DNA of 64,000 nt from Nanobdellota archaeon (GCA_038046345.1 JBBSWJ010000005.1:24784-88783), one strand, 5' to 3'; numbered from the stretch's first letter, positions 8,838 through 19,214 are shown. The notes: generated from the sequence alone by a model not told the origin. Numbers and translations are program-made.

Positions 8838-9893
8838 CTAACCAAAAGTAAATGTATTAAACAAAAATCCTTTCTTGTTTATATCTAACTTTAATGTATA
8901 ACTACCATGATTTCCTTCAATTAAGCTATACAGCCTAGCGGTATCAACAACCACAAATGACCGGGCCCCATCGAATTTTATATCAACACCAGCCTGATCT
9001 TTTGTTACATAATCATCATTTATATAAACGTCCATCTCTAAAGGTTCAGTTGAATGAGCAACTATATTCGCTGATTTACCAGAAAACTTAATGACTACAG
9101 ACGCTCTATCAAGATTTTCTAAGCTGTCTTGGTTGCTTAACCATAAACCATCAAGATAGAGAACATCATCTTCAAGTTTAACAGGTAAAGTATAATTTTT
9201 AACTTGATCCGGAGACAACCCCCCATTTGCTACATCTTGTTTTCTTGGCAAAGCAAATTTATATCCGGCGTATATCTCTGGTGTATAAGATAAATCAGAA
9301 GAACTAGGAATATCAGCAATTAAATCCATGTCTATTGCTTCCCCATTTTCAGCTAAAAGTTCCTGAATAACTTTTTCAGTTTCTTCATAAGCTCCTTCTC
9401 CTATATGGTCATACCGAATAAACCCATTTCTATCAATAAGGTATTTTCTTGGCCAATACTTATTCTGATATGCCCTCCAAGTTGCGTAATCATTATCTTG
9501 AACAACTGTGTAGCTAATGTTAAATCTTCTAATTGCATCTTGTACATTATTTGCATCTTTCTCAAACGGGAATTCTGGAGTGTGGACACCAATGATAACA
9601 AGCCCTTTATCGGAATAACGGTTATGCCATTCATTTAAGAATGGGATAGTGTGAATACAATTTATACAGGTGTATGTCCAAAAGTCAATTAAGATAACTT
9701 TACCATTAAGATCTTTGATTGATGGTTTATAGTCTGAATTAAAAAAACCAGAAATTCCAACTAGCTCAGGAGCTTTTATTAAACCATTCTCGATCACTGG
9801 TTCTTCTGAATACTCATTATTAGCACGCTCAAAATAATAAATAACCAAGACAACTATTATCAAAGTAATAATTAGCTTGTAAATTATTTTCAT
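8838..9893 (-). CDS. membrane-anchored thioredoxin-like protein with a DipZ-type C-terminal domain
   Basis: Has an N-terminal TM and the motif FWTYTCINC (CxxC) in a TlpA/redoxin-like fold. The C-terminal roughly 150 aa end in ...FTFG, as I recall for DipZ-type proteins. Confidence 0.75.
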   Translation of the reverse strand: MKIIYKLIITLIIVVLVIYYFERANNEYSEEPVIENGLIKAPELVGISGFFNSDYKPSIKDLNGKVILIDFWTYTCINCIHTIPFLNEWHNRYSDKGLVIIGVHTPEFPFEKDANNVQDAIRRFNISYTVVQDNDYATWRAYQNKYWPRKYLIDRNGFIRYDHIGEGAYEETEKVIQELLAENGEAIDMDLIADIPSSSDLSYTPEIYAGYKFALPRKQDVANGGLSPDQVKNYTLPVKLEDDVLYLDGLWLSNQDSLENLDRASVVIKFSGKSANIVAHSTEPLEMDVYINDDYVTKDQAGVDIKFDGARSFVVVDTARLYSLIEGNHGSYTLKLDINKKGFLFNTFTFG

Positions 9894-9923
9894 GAAGTTG
9901 GTAGCAGTTGAATATTTATAATA

Positions 9924-10652
9924 TTAATCCTTAACAGTCAAAAAAGCAAGATAAGCTAGAAATGTTGGAATCAATGGTAATATGCACGGACTCAAAAATG
10001 AAAGAAGCCCGCCAATAAATGCAATGCCTATATTTAAAGATCCATTAAAGCCATAATTATTCAAGTTTAGTTTTATAAGAAAATCTGCTGCAAATGAAAA
10101 GTTTGCAATACTGCTTAATTGATTAGTAAACACTAGTATTCCTAACAATATTAATATCACTCCAAATATTTTAGAAAGATATTTAGTTAAATTACCAGTA
10201 GCTGTTATAAACTTTTTAGCATGATCAGTAAATAATCCCACTAATAAAAATGGTATACCCAAACCAAGAGAGTAAGCAAACAATAAATAAGCTGCATGCG
10301 TTGGAGATACAACTGCTAAAGTAAGTATTGCACCAAGTATACCACTTACACAAGGTGTCCAACTAACTGCGAAAGCTGCGCCAAACACAAATGAGGTAAG
10401 ATAAGCTGAATTAAACCTTTTTTTTATTTTAAGCTTGTGGCTTATTTCAAAGAATCTAATTTTGATAAAACCTAGTAAATAGATACCAAAAATAATTATG
10501 ATTATGCCCCCAACTCTTCCAAGCCATTTTAGCACAACTAATGGCGCATGAGAAAAAACAGTTTGAAGCAATACCCCAATAATTGAGAATATAACTGAAA
10601 AGCCTAAAACAAAGAAAATAGTATTTATAAAAATTGTATAATCTTTTTTCAT
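9924..10652 (-). CDS. ccdA: CcdA/DsbD-family thiol-disulfide transporter with permuted helix order
   Basis: The motif WTPCVSGILGAIL (TM4-type) is mid-protein. The motif LSFLSPCILPLIPTFLAYL (normally TM1) is at the extreme C-terminus. The N-terminus starts with the FFVLGFSVIF segment that normally follows TM1. Confidence 0.75.
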   Translation of the reverse strand: MKKDYTIFINTIFFVLGFSVIFSIIGVLLQTVFSHAPLVVLKWLGRVGGIIIIIFGIYLLGFIKIRFFEISHKLKIKKRFNSAYLTSFVFGAAFAVSWTPCVSGILGAILTLAVVSPTHAAYLLFAYSLGLGIPFLLVGLFTDHAKKFITATGNLTKYLSKIFGVILILLGILVFTNQLSSIANFSFAADFLIKLNLNNYGFNGSLNIGIAFIGGLLSFLSPCILPLIPTFLAYLAFLTVKD

Positions 10653-10812
10653 GATATCATTAAAATAATGTCAATATATATAATTTTTGTTTAATAAAAA
10701 TGTAGGAAAACAAAGGTTTTAAAATTGCTTTTTGCGCAATAATTTAATCTAAGAGGAAACTTTTCTAAAGGTTTATAAACTCAAGCGTTCCATTATATAT
10801 AAGGAGCTAAAA

Positions 10813-11241
10813 ATGGACGAATTACCAGAAGCGGTATTTACATGGAAGGTAAGAGAAGATGGTTTAACAGAAGTAGTACAAGGTCATGCAACAATAAAAG
10901 ATATTTTATACGAAATAGCAAGGCAGGCTTATAGAGCATCAGTAATGGAGGCACCAATACCAGGACAATCCACGGACCCTCCATCAGACGAATTTCTAGC
11001 ACCATATTTTGCTCACTTACAATTTCCAACAGATGGAATAAGTATAGCGAGAACTGATAGACATGAAACTGATGAATTATTTGGGATGGACTATGTTGGT
11101 GGTTTGCCAGTTAAAACTTCAGTTGTCGCTAGAGATGGAAAAATATTGTTTTGTAGTAGATTATATGACATGAATCATCGTGTTGATCATCTACATGTAA
11201 TGCGAACTGCAAATATGGCACTTGAAATAAGATTACAATAA
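10813..11241 (+). CDS. hypothetical protein
   Basis: ORF preceded by AAGGAG 8 nt upstream of the ATG. No recognisable motif. Confidence 0.55.
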   Translation: MDELPEAVFTWKVREDGLTEVVQGHATIKDILYEIARQAYRASVMEAPIPGQSTDPPSDEFLAPYFAHLQFPTDGISIARTDRHETDELFGMDYVGGLPVKTSVVARDGKILFCSRLYDMNHRVDHLHVMRTANMALEIRLQ

Positions 11242-11614
11242 ATTTTAAAATTAAGACGCCAACCTCTTTTTTATTATTTCTTCAAATCTTAGATTTGACC
11301 AATTTTTTAGCCAGAACCTTAAATTGAAACTAACAACTATTAAGTGAGATGAATATTCGCTTAATATTACCATTTAGGATAAAAAGCGAGATTTTAGATA
11401 TTTCTTCCCCATATAACAGACTATATGTCAGATGAGGGTAAAAGTTATTCTCCAAATCCAGAAATACAGATTAATTAGCAAATTGATCAAGAAAATAAAC
11501 CTCAGAAGTTATTAAAATTAACTTAAGATATATCAATTTATTCTTTTAGAAAAGATAATCTGAAAGATTTTCGATTTTTTATGGTAGAAAAATATAAAGT
11601 AGTAAAGTATAATA

Positions 11615-12127
11615 GTGAATATGAAAGAAATAATCTTAATTCTGCTATTAACCTGTGGATGTGTAAGCATTCCAGAAGCTGGCATTGTAACAGAAGTAAT
11701 TGATGGTGATACATTCAAATTAAGCACAGGAGAAAGAGTAAGATTATTATGCATAAACACTCCAGAAAATGGTGAACCATATTTTAAAGAAGCAAAAGAT
11801 TTTTTAGAAAATTCTATATCCGGAAAAATAGTAAGATTAGAAGTAGACAAAACAAATTTAGATGATTACAGAAGATTATTACGTTATGTTTATGTTGATG
11901 ACATCTTAATAAATGAAGTTATTACAAAAGAAGGTCTTGCAGAAGTATTGATAATAAAACCAAACATAAAACATTGTGACAAAATAAAGCTAGCCGAAAA
12001 AATAGCACAAGAACAAAAAAAAGGTATTTGGAGTGTCAACCATGCAGGCTATCCGGAAGATACGCTAATGTTTCAAACTGCTGTGGTAACGGATAAATCA
12101 AAAAGTCACCACGTTGCATTGCAGTAG
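11615..12127 (+). CDS. secreted thermonuclease (staphylococcal nuclease-like)
   Basis: Has an N-terminal signal or lipobox-like LLLTCGC, then DGDTFKL...VRLLCINTPE...RLLRYV...KKGIW. The last roughly 30 codons overlap the convergent gene. Confidence 0.75.
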   Translation: MNMKEIILILLLTCGCVSIPEAGIVTEVIDGDTFKLSTGERVRLLCINTPENGEPYFKEAKDFLENSISGKIVRLEVDKTNLDDYRRLLRYVYVDDILINEVITKEGLAEVLIIKPNIKHCDKIKLAEKIAQEQKKGIWSVNHAGYPEDTLMFQTAVVTDKSKSHHVALQ

Positions 12128-12713
12128 TTATTCCAGAATTACCAGCACTACGCATAGCAGCTCCTACCATACCTTTCAAAACCATAACTTTTACCTGTTC
12201 ATCATTAATAAACTCATCCCCTTCAAAAAGTATTCTAAATTCGTCTAAAGCATTAGTAGAACGTAATATTCGTATTCTTTCACTTTTATCCAACTCGCCT
12301 TTAAATTCAGTATCATCAGGGACAACATCATCTAACCAATCAATATTTACAACTACAAGTAAAGAATAATTTCCTTTCATTGCGTTATAATCTTTTCTTG
12401 AAAAAGCTTCTTTTATTACTAAAACCTCCCCTTGTGTTAATTTAAAAGTCTCATCACTATTCAAGTCCTTTACACCGAATACAAAAGCATTATCCTTATC
12501 ATATAAGTATAACACCTTATCTGCGTTGCTTAATATTTCTTTAATCTGAGATGTTTCCTTAAGGATATTTTGAACAAAAAAACCACCAATGGATAATACA
12601 ATAACAAAAATCACAAAGATAATGCTAAGAATTTTTATAATAAACTTAGTAGTTCTAACAAACCACCAAACTAATAATATTATTAAAATTATAGGAATAA
12701 TTAGCCAGATCAT
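12036..12713 (-). CDS. hypothetical protein with two N-terminal TM helices
   Basis: ORF with a hydrophobic N-terminus. No recognisable motif. Confidence 0.5.
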   Translation of the reverse strand: MIWLIIPIILIILLVWWFVRTTKFIIKILSIIFVIFVIVLSIGGFFVQNILKETSQIKEILSNADKVLYLYDKDNAFVFGVKDLNSDETFKLTQGEVLVIKEAFSRKDYNAMKGNYSLLVVVNIDWLDDVVPDDTEFKGELDKSERIRILRSTNALDEFRILFEGDEFINDEQVKVMVLKGMVGAAMRSAGNSGITTAMQRGDFLIYPLPQQFETLAYLPDSLHG

Positions 12714-12764
12714 GGCTGTTTAACACCAGCAGTGTTTTTAAATATATTTGTAGTAAATTATCAT

Positions 12765-13118
12765 ATGGCAAACAAAAAAAGCTGCCACATATTAAGAGAA
12801 AAAGGAACCGAACCACCATTCACTGGAAAGTATTTGTACAACAAACAGAATGGAGTATACAAATGCGCTGGTTGCGGGCAGGAATTATTTTCTTCCCAAA
12901 AAAAATTTGATTCCGGAACTGGATGGCCAAGTTTTACTGAAGGAAAAAACATAGAACTAAAAGAAGATACAAGTTTTGGAATTAAAAGATTAGAAGTAAT
13001 ATGTAAAAAATGTAAAGGACATTTAGGTCACTTATTTAATGACGGACCAAGACCTACAAAGAAAAGATATTGCATTAACTCAGGTGCATTAAGCTTTAAC
13101 AAAATTAATAGCAGGTGA
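12765..13118 (+). CDS. msrB: peptide-methionine (R)-S-oxide reductase MsrB
   Basis: Has CAGCGQELF...GWPSF, CKKCKGHLGHLFNDGP and RYCINS. The start is set at ATG 12765, which has TTTTAAATA about 20 nt upstream. Confidence 0.85.
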   Translation: MANKKSCHILREKGTEPPFTGKYLYNKQNGVYKCAGCGQELFSSQKKFDSGTGWPSFTEGKNIELKEDTSFGIKRLEVICKKCKGHLGHLFNDGPRPTKKRYCINSGALSFNKINSR

Positions 13119-13472
13119 AACAACAATTGGGCGTTCAGCAATATCAACTGAAGCTGTTCTGAATGATTTTTTTAAATTTTCAAACACATTCTTCCCATCA
13201 AATTCTCCCCTGCAAGTATAAATTGAAAAGTATAAAGAATCATGTTCTGGATAAGTATGAATTGCAGCATGAGATTCAGATAACAATACTAAAATTGTAA
13301 GTCCCTGTGGTTTAAACTGATGTCTAAATACTTTAAGAATTGTAAACTTGTCAATTTTTAAAGCATACAGCAAAGATTTTTCTAAGAAATTATTATCTAA
13401 TAAAATCTTTTTTGGAACTCCATGCATTACACATGATATTTCATTTCCTACAGGACTTGATTCATACTCCAT
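13089..13472 (-). CDS. speH: S-adenosylmethionine decarboxylase proenzyme (small archaeal/bacterial type)
   Basis: Carries the LLSESHAAIHTYPE self-processing and active-site motif. Confidence 0.8.
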   Translation of the reverse strand: MEYESSPVGNEISCVMHGVPKKILLDNNFLEKSLLYALKIDKFTILKVFRHQFKPQGLTILVLLSESHAAIHTYPEHDSLYFSIYTCRGEFDGKNVFENLKKSFRTASVDIAERPIVVSPAINFVKA

Positions 13473-13646
13473 AGTGCAAATTATTAAGAATAGTTATTTA
13501 AAAAATTATTGTTTTTTAAAATATACTTCTTGTTTGTCTTAAGCATTCTAATTGCTATCTTTATCAACTGGATAAACAGGCCATCTGAACCCTCACGTGA
13601 AAACTGCCATTAATGCCTCATATGATTTATTCTTATCTACAAATGG

Positions 13647-14051
13647 TTATTTACGTAAAATCTTATCCATTACTTTACCTTTTGCTATCTCATCAACAAG
13701 CTTATCCAGATACCTTACTTGTTGTGTTAACGGGTTTTTGATTTCTTCTATACGATATCCACATATTACTCCTGTAATGAGATGAGCATTCGGAGTTAAT
13801 TTTGCTTTCTGAAAGAATATTTTAAAAGTTACTTTTTTATCAATAAGATTTTGTAGTTTCTTTTCATCAAAACCAGTTAACCACTCAATTACTTGATGCA
13901 ACTCTTTCTTTGTTCTACCTTTCTTCTCCACTTTTGCTACATAGTGCGGATACACAGATGAAAATGTCATATTTGCAATACGCTCATCGTGTTCGGATGT
14001 TGTTTTCATAATTATTTTTCCTTTTTTAAATTTTTGAATTCGTGTTTCCAT
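13647..14051 (-). CDS. DUF2200-like protein
   Basis: MTFSSVYPHYVAKVEKKGRTKKELHQVIEWLTG resembles the DUF2200 family as I recall it. The true start may be ATG 14009. Confidence 0.55.
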   Translation of the reverse strand: METRIQKFKKGKIIMKTTSEHDERIANMTFSSVYPHYVAKVEKKGRTKKELHQVIEWLTGFDEKKLQNLIDKKVTFKIFFQKAKLTPNAHLITGVICGYRIEEIKNPLTQQVRYLDKLVDEIAKGKVMDKILRK

Positions 14052-14284
14052 AGTATAAGTTAAATTAGATTTTTATATAAAGTTTGCTAGGCACCAACTC
14101 AAATTGAATATAACTTAGGCGATTAAACAAATATTTATCTGCTTTATAGCATAATATTGCAAAAAAAGCAGTTACGCAAAGTTTTCAACTATTATAACCC
14201 GAATTTTTAATGAAAATTTTTTAAAAACTCTACATGTAATAATTTAAAACTAACTCTAAAAATAAATCAATCTAATAAAAAAAG

Positions 14285-14315
14285 TGATATCATGTATATT
14301 GTGTGTAAAATGGTC
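14285..14315 (-). other. 3' half of the 23S pre-rRNA processing stem
   Basis: The sequence tgatatcatgtatattgtgtgtaaaatggtc pairs with 17306..17342. The paired blocks are attgtgtgtaa/ttacacacaat (11 bp), tgatatc/gatatca and ggtc/gacc. Confidence 0.7.
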
Positions 14316-17305
14316 TCGAGCTATTGGAAAATGCAGGCTTAATTTCTCGTTGCCTTGAAACTTACACCCCACTCCCATCAAACAGATCTTCTATCTGTGC
14401 TCTCCTTCTCTTTTCAAGGTGGGTTTCGTCCTTAGATGCTTTCAGGACTTATCCCACAAGGCGTAGCTGCCCGGCCTGCCTTGTCAGACAACCGGTACAC
14501 CAGAGGCCTCGAATCCTCGTTCCTCTCGTACTAAAGGATCCTTCCCCTCAGAAGATAAACAAATCCAGTAGATATCATACAAACTGTCTCACAACGTTCT
14601 TAACCCAGCTCACGATCCCTTTTAATAAGTGAACACCTTCACCCTTGGCCGCAAGCAGTACGTGGAAACTGTTAATTTCGACATACCATGCTCTTTTCCG
14701 CGCATTTCTGCACGACCACTCTACGATACAAGAATCTAATCTTTGTATCCGGATAGGAAGAGCCGACATCGAGGTAGCAAGCAGCGCCGTCGATAAACTC
14801 GGAATCAATTTATTGATCCTTTGAGCTCTTAGGCGCTACAACTCAATTATGCCCGAGATAGCTTTTCTGTCATGTCTAGCCCCCATCAATGAGGACATAG
14901 AAGTTCGCTAGGCCATACTTTCGTACCTGAATCCCGTATTGTTTGGAATCCAGTCAAGCCAGCTTTTGCCCTTGCACTCCACAGAGAATTTCTAAATCTC
15001 TTGAGCTGACCTTTGGGCCCTACTGATATCCTTTCAGCAGGGTCCCGCCCCAGGCAAACTATCCGCCAGTAGTTGTCTTTCATTACTGAAGTAAGTAATA
15101 TAGAATACAGAGGGTAGTATCTCACTTTTGCCTAAACGTACACTGGCGTGCACGCATCAACAGCTCCTACCTATTCTTAACACCATACTCCATACCACAG
15201 CTACAAGCTATAGTAAAGTTCTACGGGGTCTTCGCTTCCCACTGGAATTCTCTGGCCTTTGCACCAGAATAGTGTGTTCGGGAGGTTCTACGTAAAGACA
15301 GTGGATACCTCGTTACGCCATTCATGCAAGTCGTCAATCAAACGACAAGGTATTACGCTACCTTAAGAGAATTATAGTTATTCCCGCCGTTTACACGCTC
15401 TTAGCCCCCTTGAAAAGGAGTTTAAAGTACATGCACTGGGCAGACGTCACCTCCTATACAAACCATTACTGGCTAGCAGGAAGTTTCGTTTTTGTTAAAC
15501 AGTCGGGCATCCTTAGTTATTGAATCCTGTACTCGCAACTAAAAGCTACAAGCGCAGGAACCCCTTATGCCGAAGTCACAGGGCCAATATTGCCGATTTC
15601 CTTTACGTAAATTACCCCTCTCATACCTTAGGCTACTAACCCAGGGCACCTGTGCTGGTTCTGGATACGGTTATTTATGATCCTTCCATATTGTTTTTTC
15701 ACGGGCTCAAGGCATCTACCCAATCAACATACATTGACTATTCTCAGCTTTTCTCAGGTTCTCATCATGACAATTCTCCCCTGACATATGCTAATTAACA
15801 ACCATGTCTATGATTGTGGGTATAGCCCAAAGCAGCAACAATAAGGCTTTCGTCGCCGAATGTACATAAATAGTACTGGAATATTAACCAGTTTGCCTCT
15901 TCCCGCACGTCAATTTATGAGTGCAGTTAGGTCCGACTAACTCTTAGCTGAACTGCAGTGCTAAGAAAACCTTGCCCTTTCGGTATTAGAGAGTCTCACT
16001 CTATATAGGTCCTACTACCACCGGGATTCTTATTCGTACACGGTCCATTTACTTTCACAAGTATACTTCCATCCATGCACGACACCTATCTACCACCTTG
16101 CTTTACAGCAAGTCTGAAGTATCGGTCGTCAGTTTAGCCCCGTTAATTTTCAGGGCATAATACCTTGACGGGTGAGCTATTACGCTTTCTTTAGAGGATG
16201 GCTGCTTCTAAGCCAACCTCCCCGCTGTCTCTGGTATTACACACCATTCACCCTTTCACACTTAACTGACAGTTAGGGACCTTAACTTCAGGCTGGGATG
16301 TTCCCCTTTTGGGACACACGCTTACCGCGCGCCCCTGCTTCCCGCCTTCTACGACGCATTGACATTTGGAGTTGAACAAGAGTGAGAGGAATTTCTTCCC
16401 TTAACATTCTAATCCGTAGCTCTACAACCAATGCTATCTCGAGCGAGACTATTCTGCGGCATATTTCGATAGGAACAGGCTATTAGCAAACTCGATTGGC
16501 TTTTCACCCCTAATCCCAAATCATAAGAGCACATGCACGTAGCACCTCTTCAGGCCTCCACCTCGTATCACCAAGGCTTCACCTTGCTCAGGATTAGATC
16601 GTCTGCTTTCCGGTCAGACCCCCATGACTTAAGGCGCTTTCACACCTCGCTCCTCGCAAGCTGCGAGCATTTGCTTTCGCTCAGCATTCGTACTAAAAGT
16701 ACTTACGCTCGCCATGAAGATCAACTCCCCGGCCCGTTATTCAAAACGTACGGTGCAACTCATGCTGCACCATTCTATAACCGTAAGGTTTCAGGAACTT
16801 TTCACACCCTATCAGAGGTACTTTTCAATGTTCCATCACTGTACTATTTGCTATCGGACTTAAAACATATTTAGCCTTAGAAGTTGATGCCTCCTAAATT
16901 CCTGCTCAATATCCAATGAACAGTACTATGGATACTTGTAAATCTTTCACGATTATCCTACGGGGCTATCACCCTGTGTCGCATACCATTCCAGATAACT
17001 TTAGATAAACATGTTAAGATGAAAAACAAGTCCAAACACCACATGTTGCTTCTTTTTCAAGAAGTAATTCGGTTTAGGCTATACGGATTTCGCTCGCTGT
17101 TACTCACCGCATCTCAATTGATTTCTTTTCCTGCGGGTACTAAGACGCTTCAGTTCCCCGCGTTATACATCCTCTCGGATTTAATAGGAAGTCCTATTCG
17201 GGAATCATTGGTTCGTAGGCTGCATGCGCCTCGCCAATGCATTTCGTAGCTTGCCACGCCCTTCATCTTTGTTTTTAAGCCGAATCATCCACCTTACGGC
17301 GTAAT
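14316..17305 (-). rRNA. 23S rRNA (ends approximate)
   Basis: Reverse-complement matches are seen to the sarcin-ricin loop AGUACGAGAGGAAC (near 14520), GAGCUGGGUU.AGAACGU.GUGAGACAGUU, CCUCGAUGUCGGCU, AAGACCCCGU and the 5' GGAUGAUUCGGC...GAAGGGCGUGGCAAGC. The gene is bounded by a long flanking inverted repeat. Confidence 0.9.
14795..14820 (-). other. 26-nt BHB-like insert (candidate mini-intron) in 23S helix 89
   Basis: RNA sense reads AAGA-GCUC-AAA-GGAUCAAUAAAUUGAUUCC-GAGU-UUA-UCGAC. The elements are a 4-bp helix GCUC:GAGU (one G.U), 3-nt bulges AAA and UUA, and an inner 7-bp hairpin. Removal gives GAGCUCAAAUCGACGG, against the canonical GAG(U/C)(U/C)CAUAUCGAC. Confidence 0.45.
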
Positions 17306-17342
17306 GACCTATAATTACACACAATACCTATACACGATATCA
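17306..17342 (-). other. 5' half of the 23S pre-rRNA processing stem
   Basis: Complement of 14285..14315. Confidence 0.7.
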
Positions 17343-17440
17343 TTAAATGAATATTTCATCTGTCCTAAGACTATGATATCCTTCACCCACAACAATTCAG
17401 TTTGTGAGTTGCACTATTTCATTAAAAAATGAATATGATA

Positions 17441-17548
17441 TGGACCCGTCGGGAAAATCGACGATCCAAGATGTCTAATGCAAATCGTTTTCGAACCCGA
17501 GGCCCCTACCTTGCAAGGGTAATGCTCTACCAGCTGAGCTACGGGCCC
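17441..17548 (-). tRNA. tRNA-Ala(UGC) with a 35-nt intron in the T-loop, located in the 16S-23S spacer
   Basis: RNA: GGGCCCG UA GCUC AGCUGGUA GAGC A UUACC CUUGCAA GGUAG GGGCC UCGGG UUCGAA[35 nt]U CCCGA CGGGUCC A. The G3:U70 alanine identity pair is present and the anticodon is UGC. Confidence 0.85.
17455..17489 (-). other. BHB intron of tRNA-Ala between T-loop positions 59 and 60
   Basis: The outer helix h is the T-stem UCGGG:CCCGA. The central helix H is UUCG:CGAU (3 bp plus U.U). The bulges are AAA and UUU. The inner helix h' is ACGAU(UU):(GG)AUCGU. Cutting after the 2nd bulge nt gives a 7-nt T-loop UUCGAAU. Confidence 0.75.
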
Positions 17549-17564
17549 AAACAATTGGATTGAC

Positions 17565-17599
17565 TGTACGAGATTAATTTCAGTGATTAGAATAGTAAA
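17565..17599 (-). other. 3' half of the 16S pre-rRNA processing stem
   Basis: tgtacgagat (17565-74) pairs with atctcgtaca (19205-14). gaatagtaaa (17590-99) pairs with tttactactc (19178-87), with one G.U at the RNA level. Confidence 0.65.
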
Positions 17600-17605
17600 A
17601 AAAAT

Positions 17606-19140
<1,535 letters not shown>

Positions 19141-19177
19141 TATTTTGGTCGCATAAAATTGGAAATTTTTGTAATAC

Positions 19178-19214
19178 TTTACTACTCATAACCATTGCTG
19201 CTTTATCTCGTACA
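19178..19214 (-). other. 5' half of the 16S pre-rRNA processing stem
   Basis: Complement of 17565..17599. Confidence 0.65.

Noticed and set aside
11533-11850. 105-aa minus-strand ORF overlapping the thermonuclease start.
   Set aside because: It is antisense to a motif-supported gene, with low-complexity sequence.
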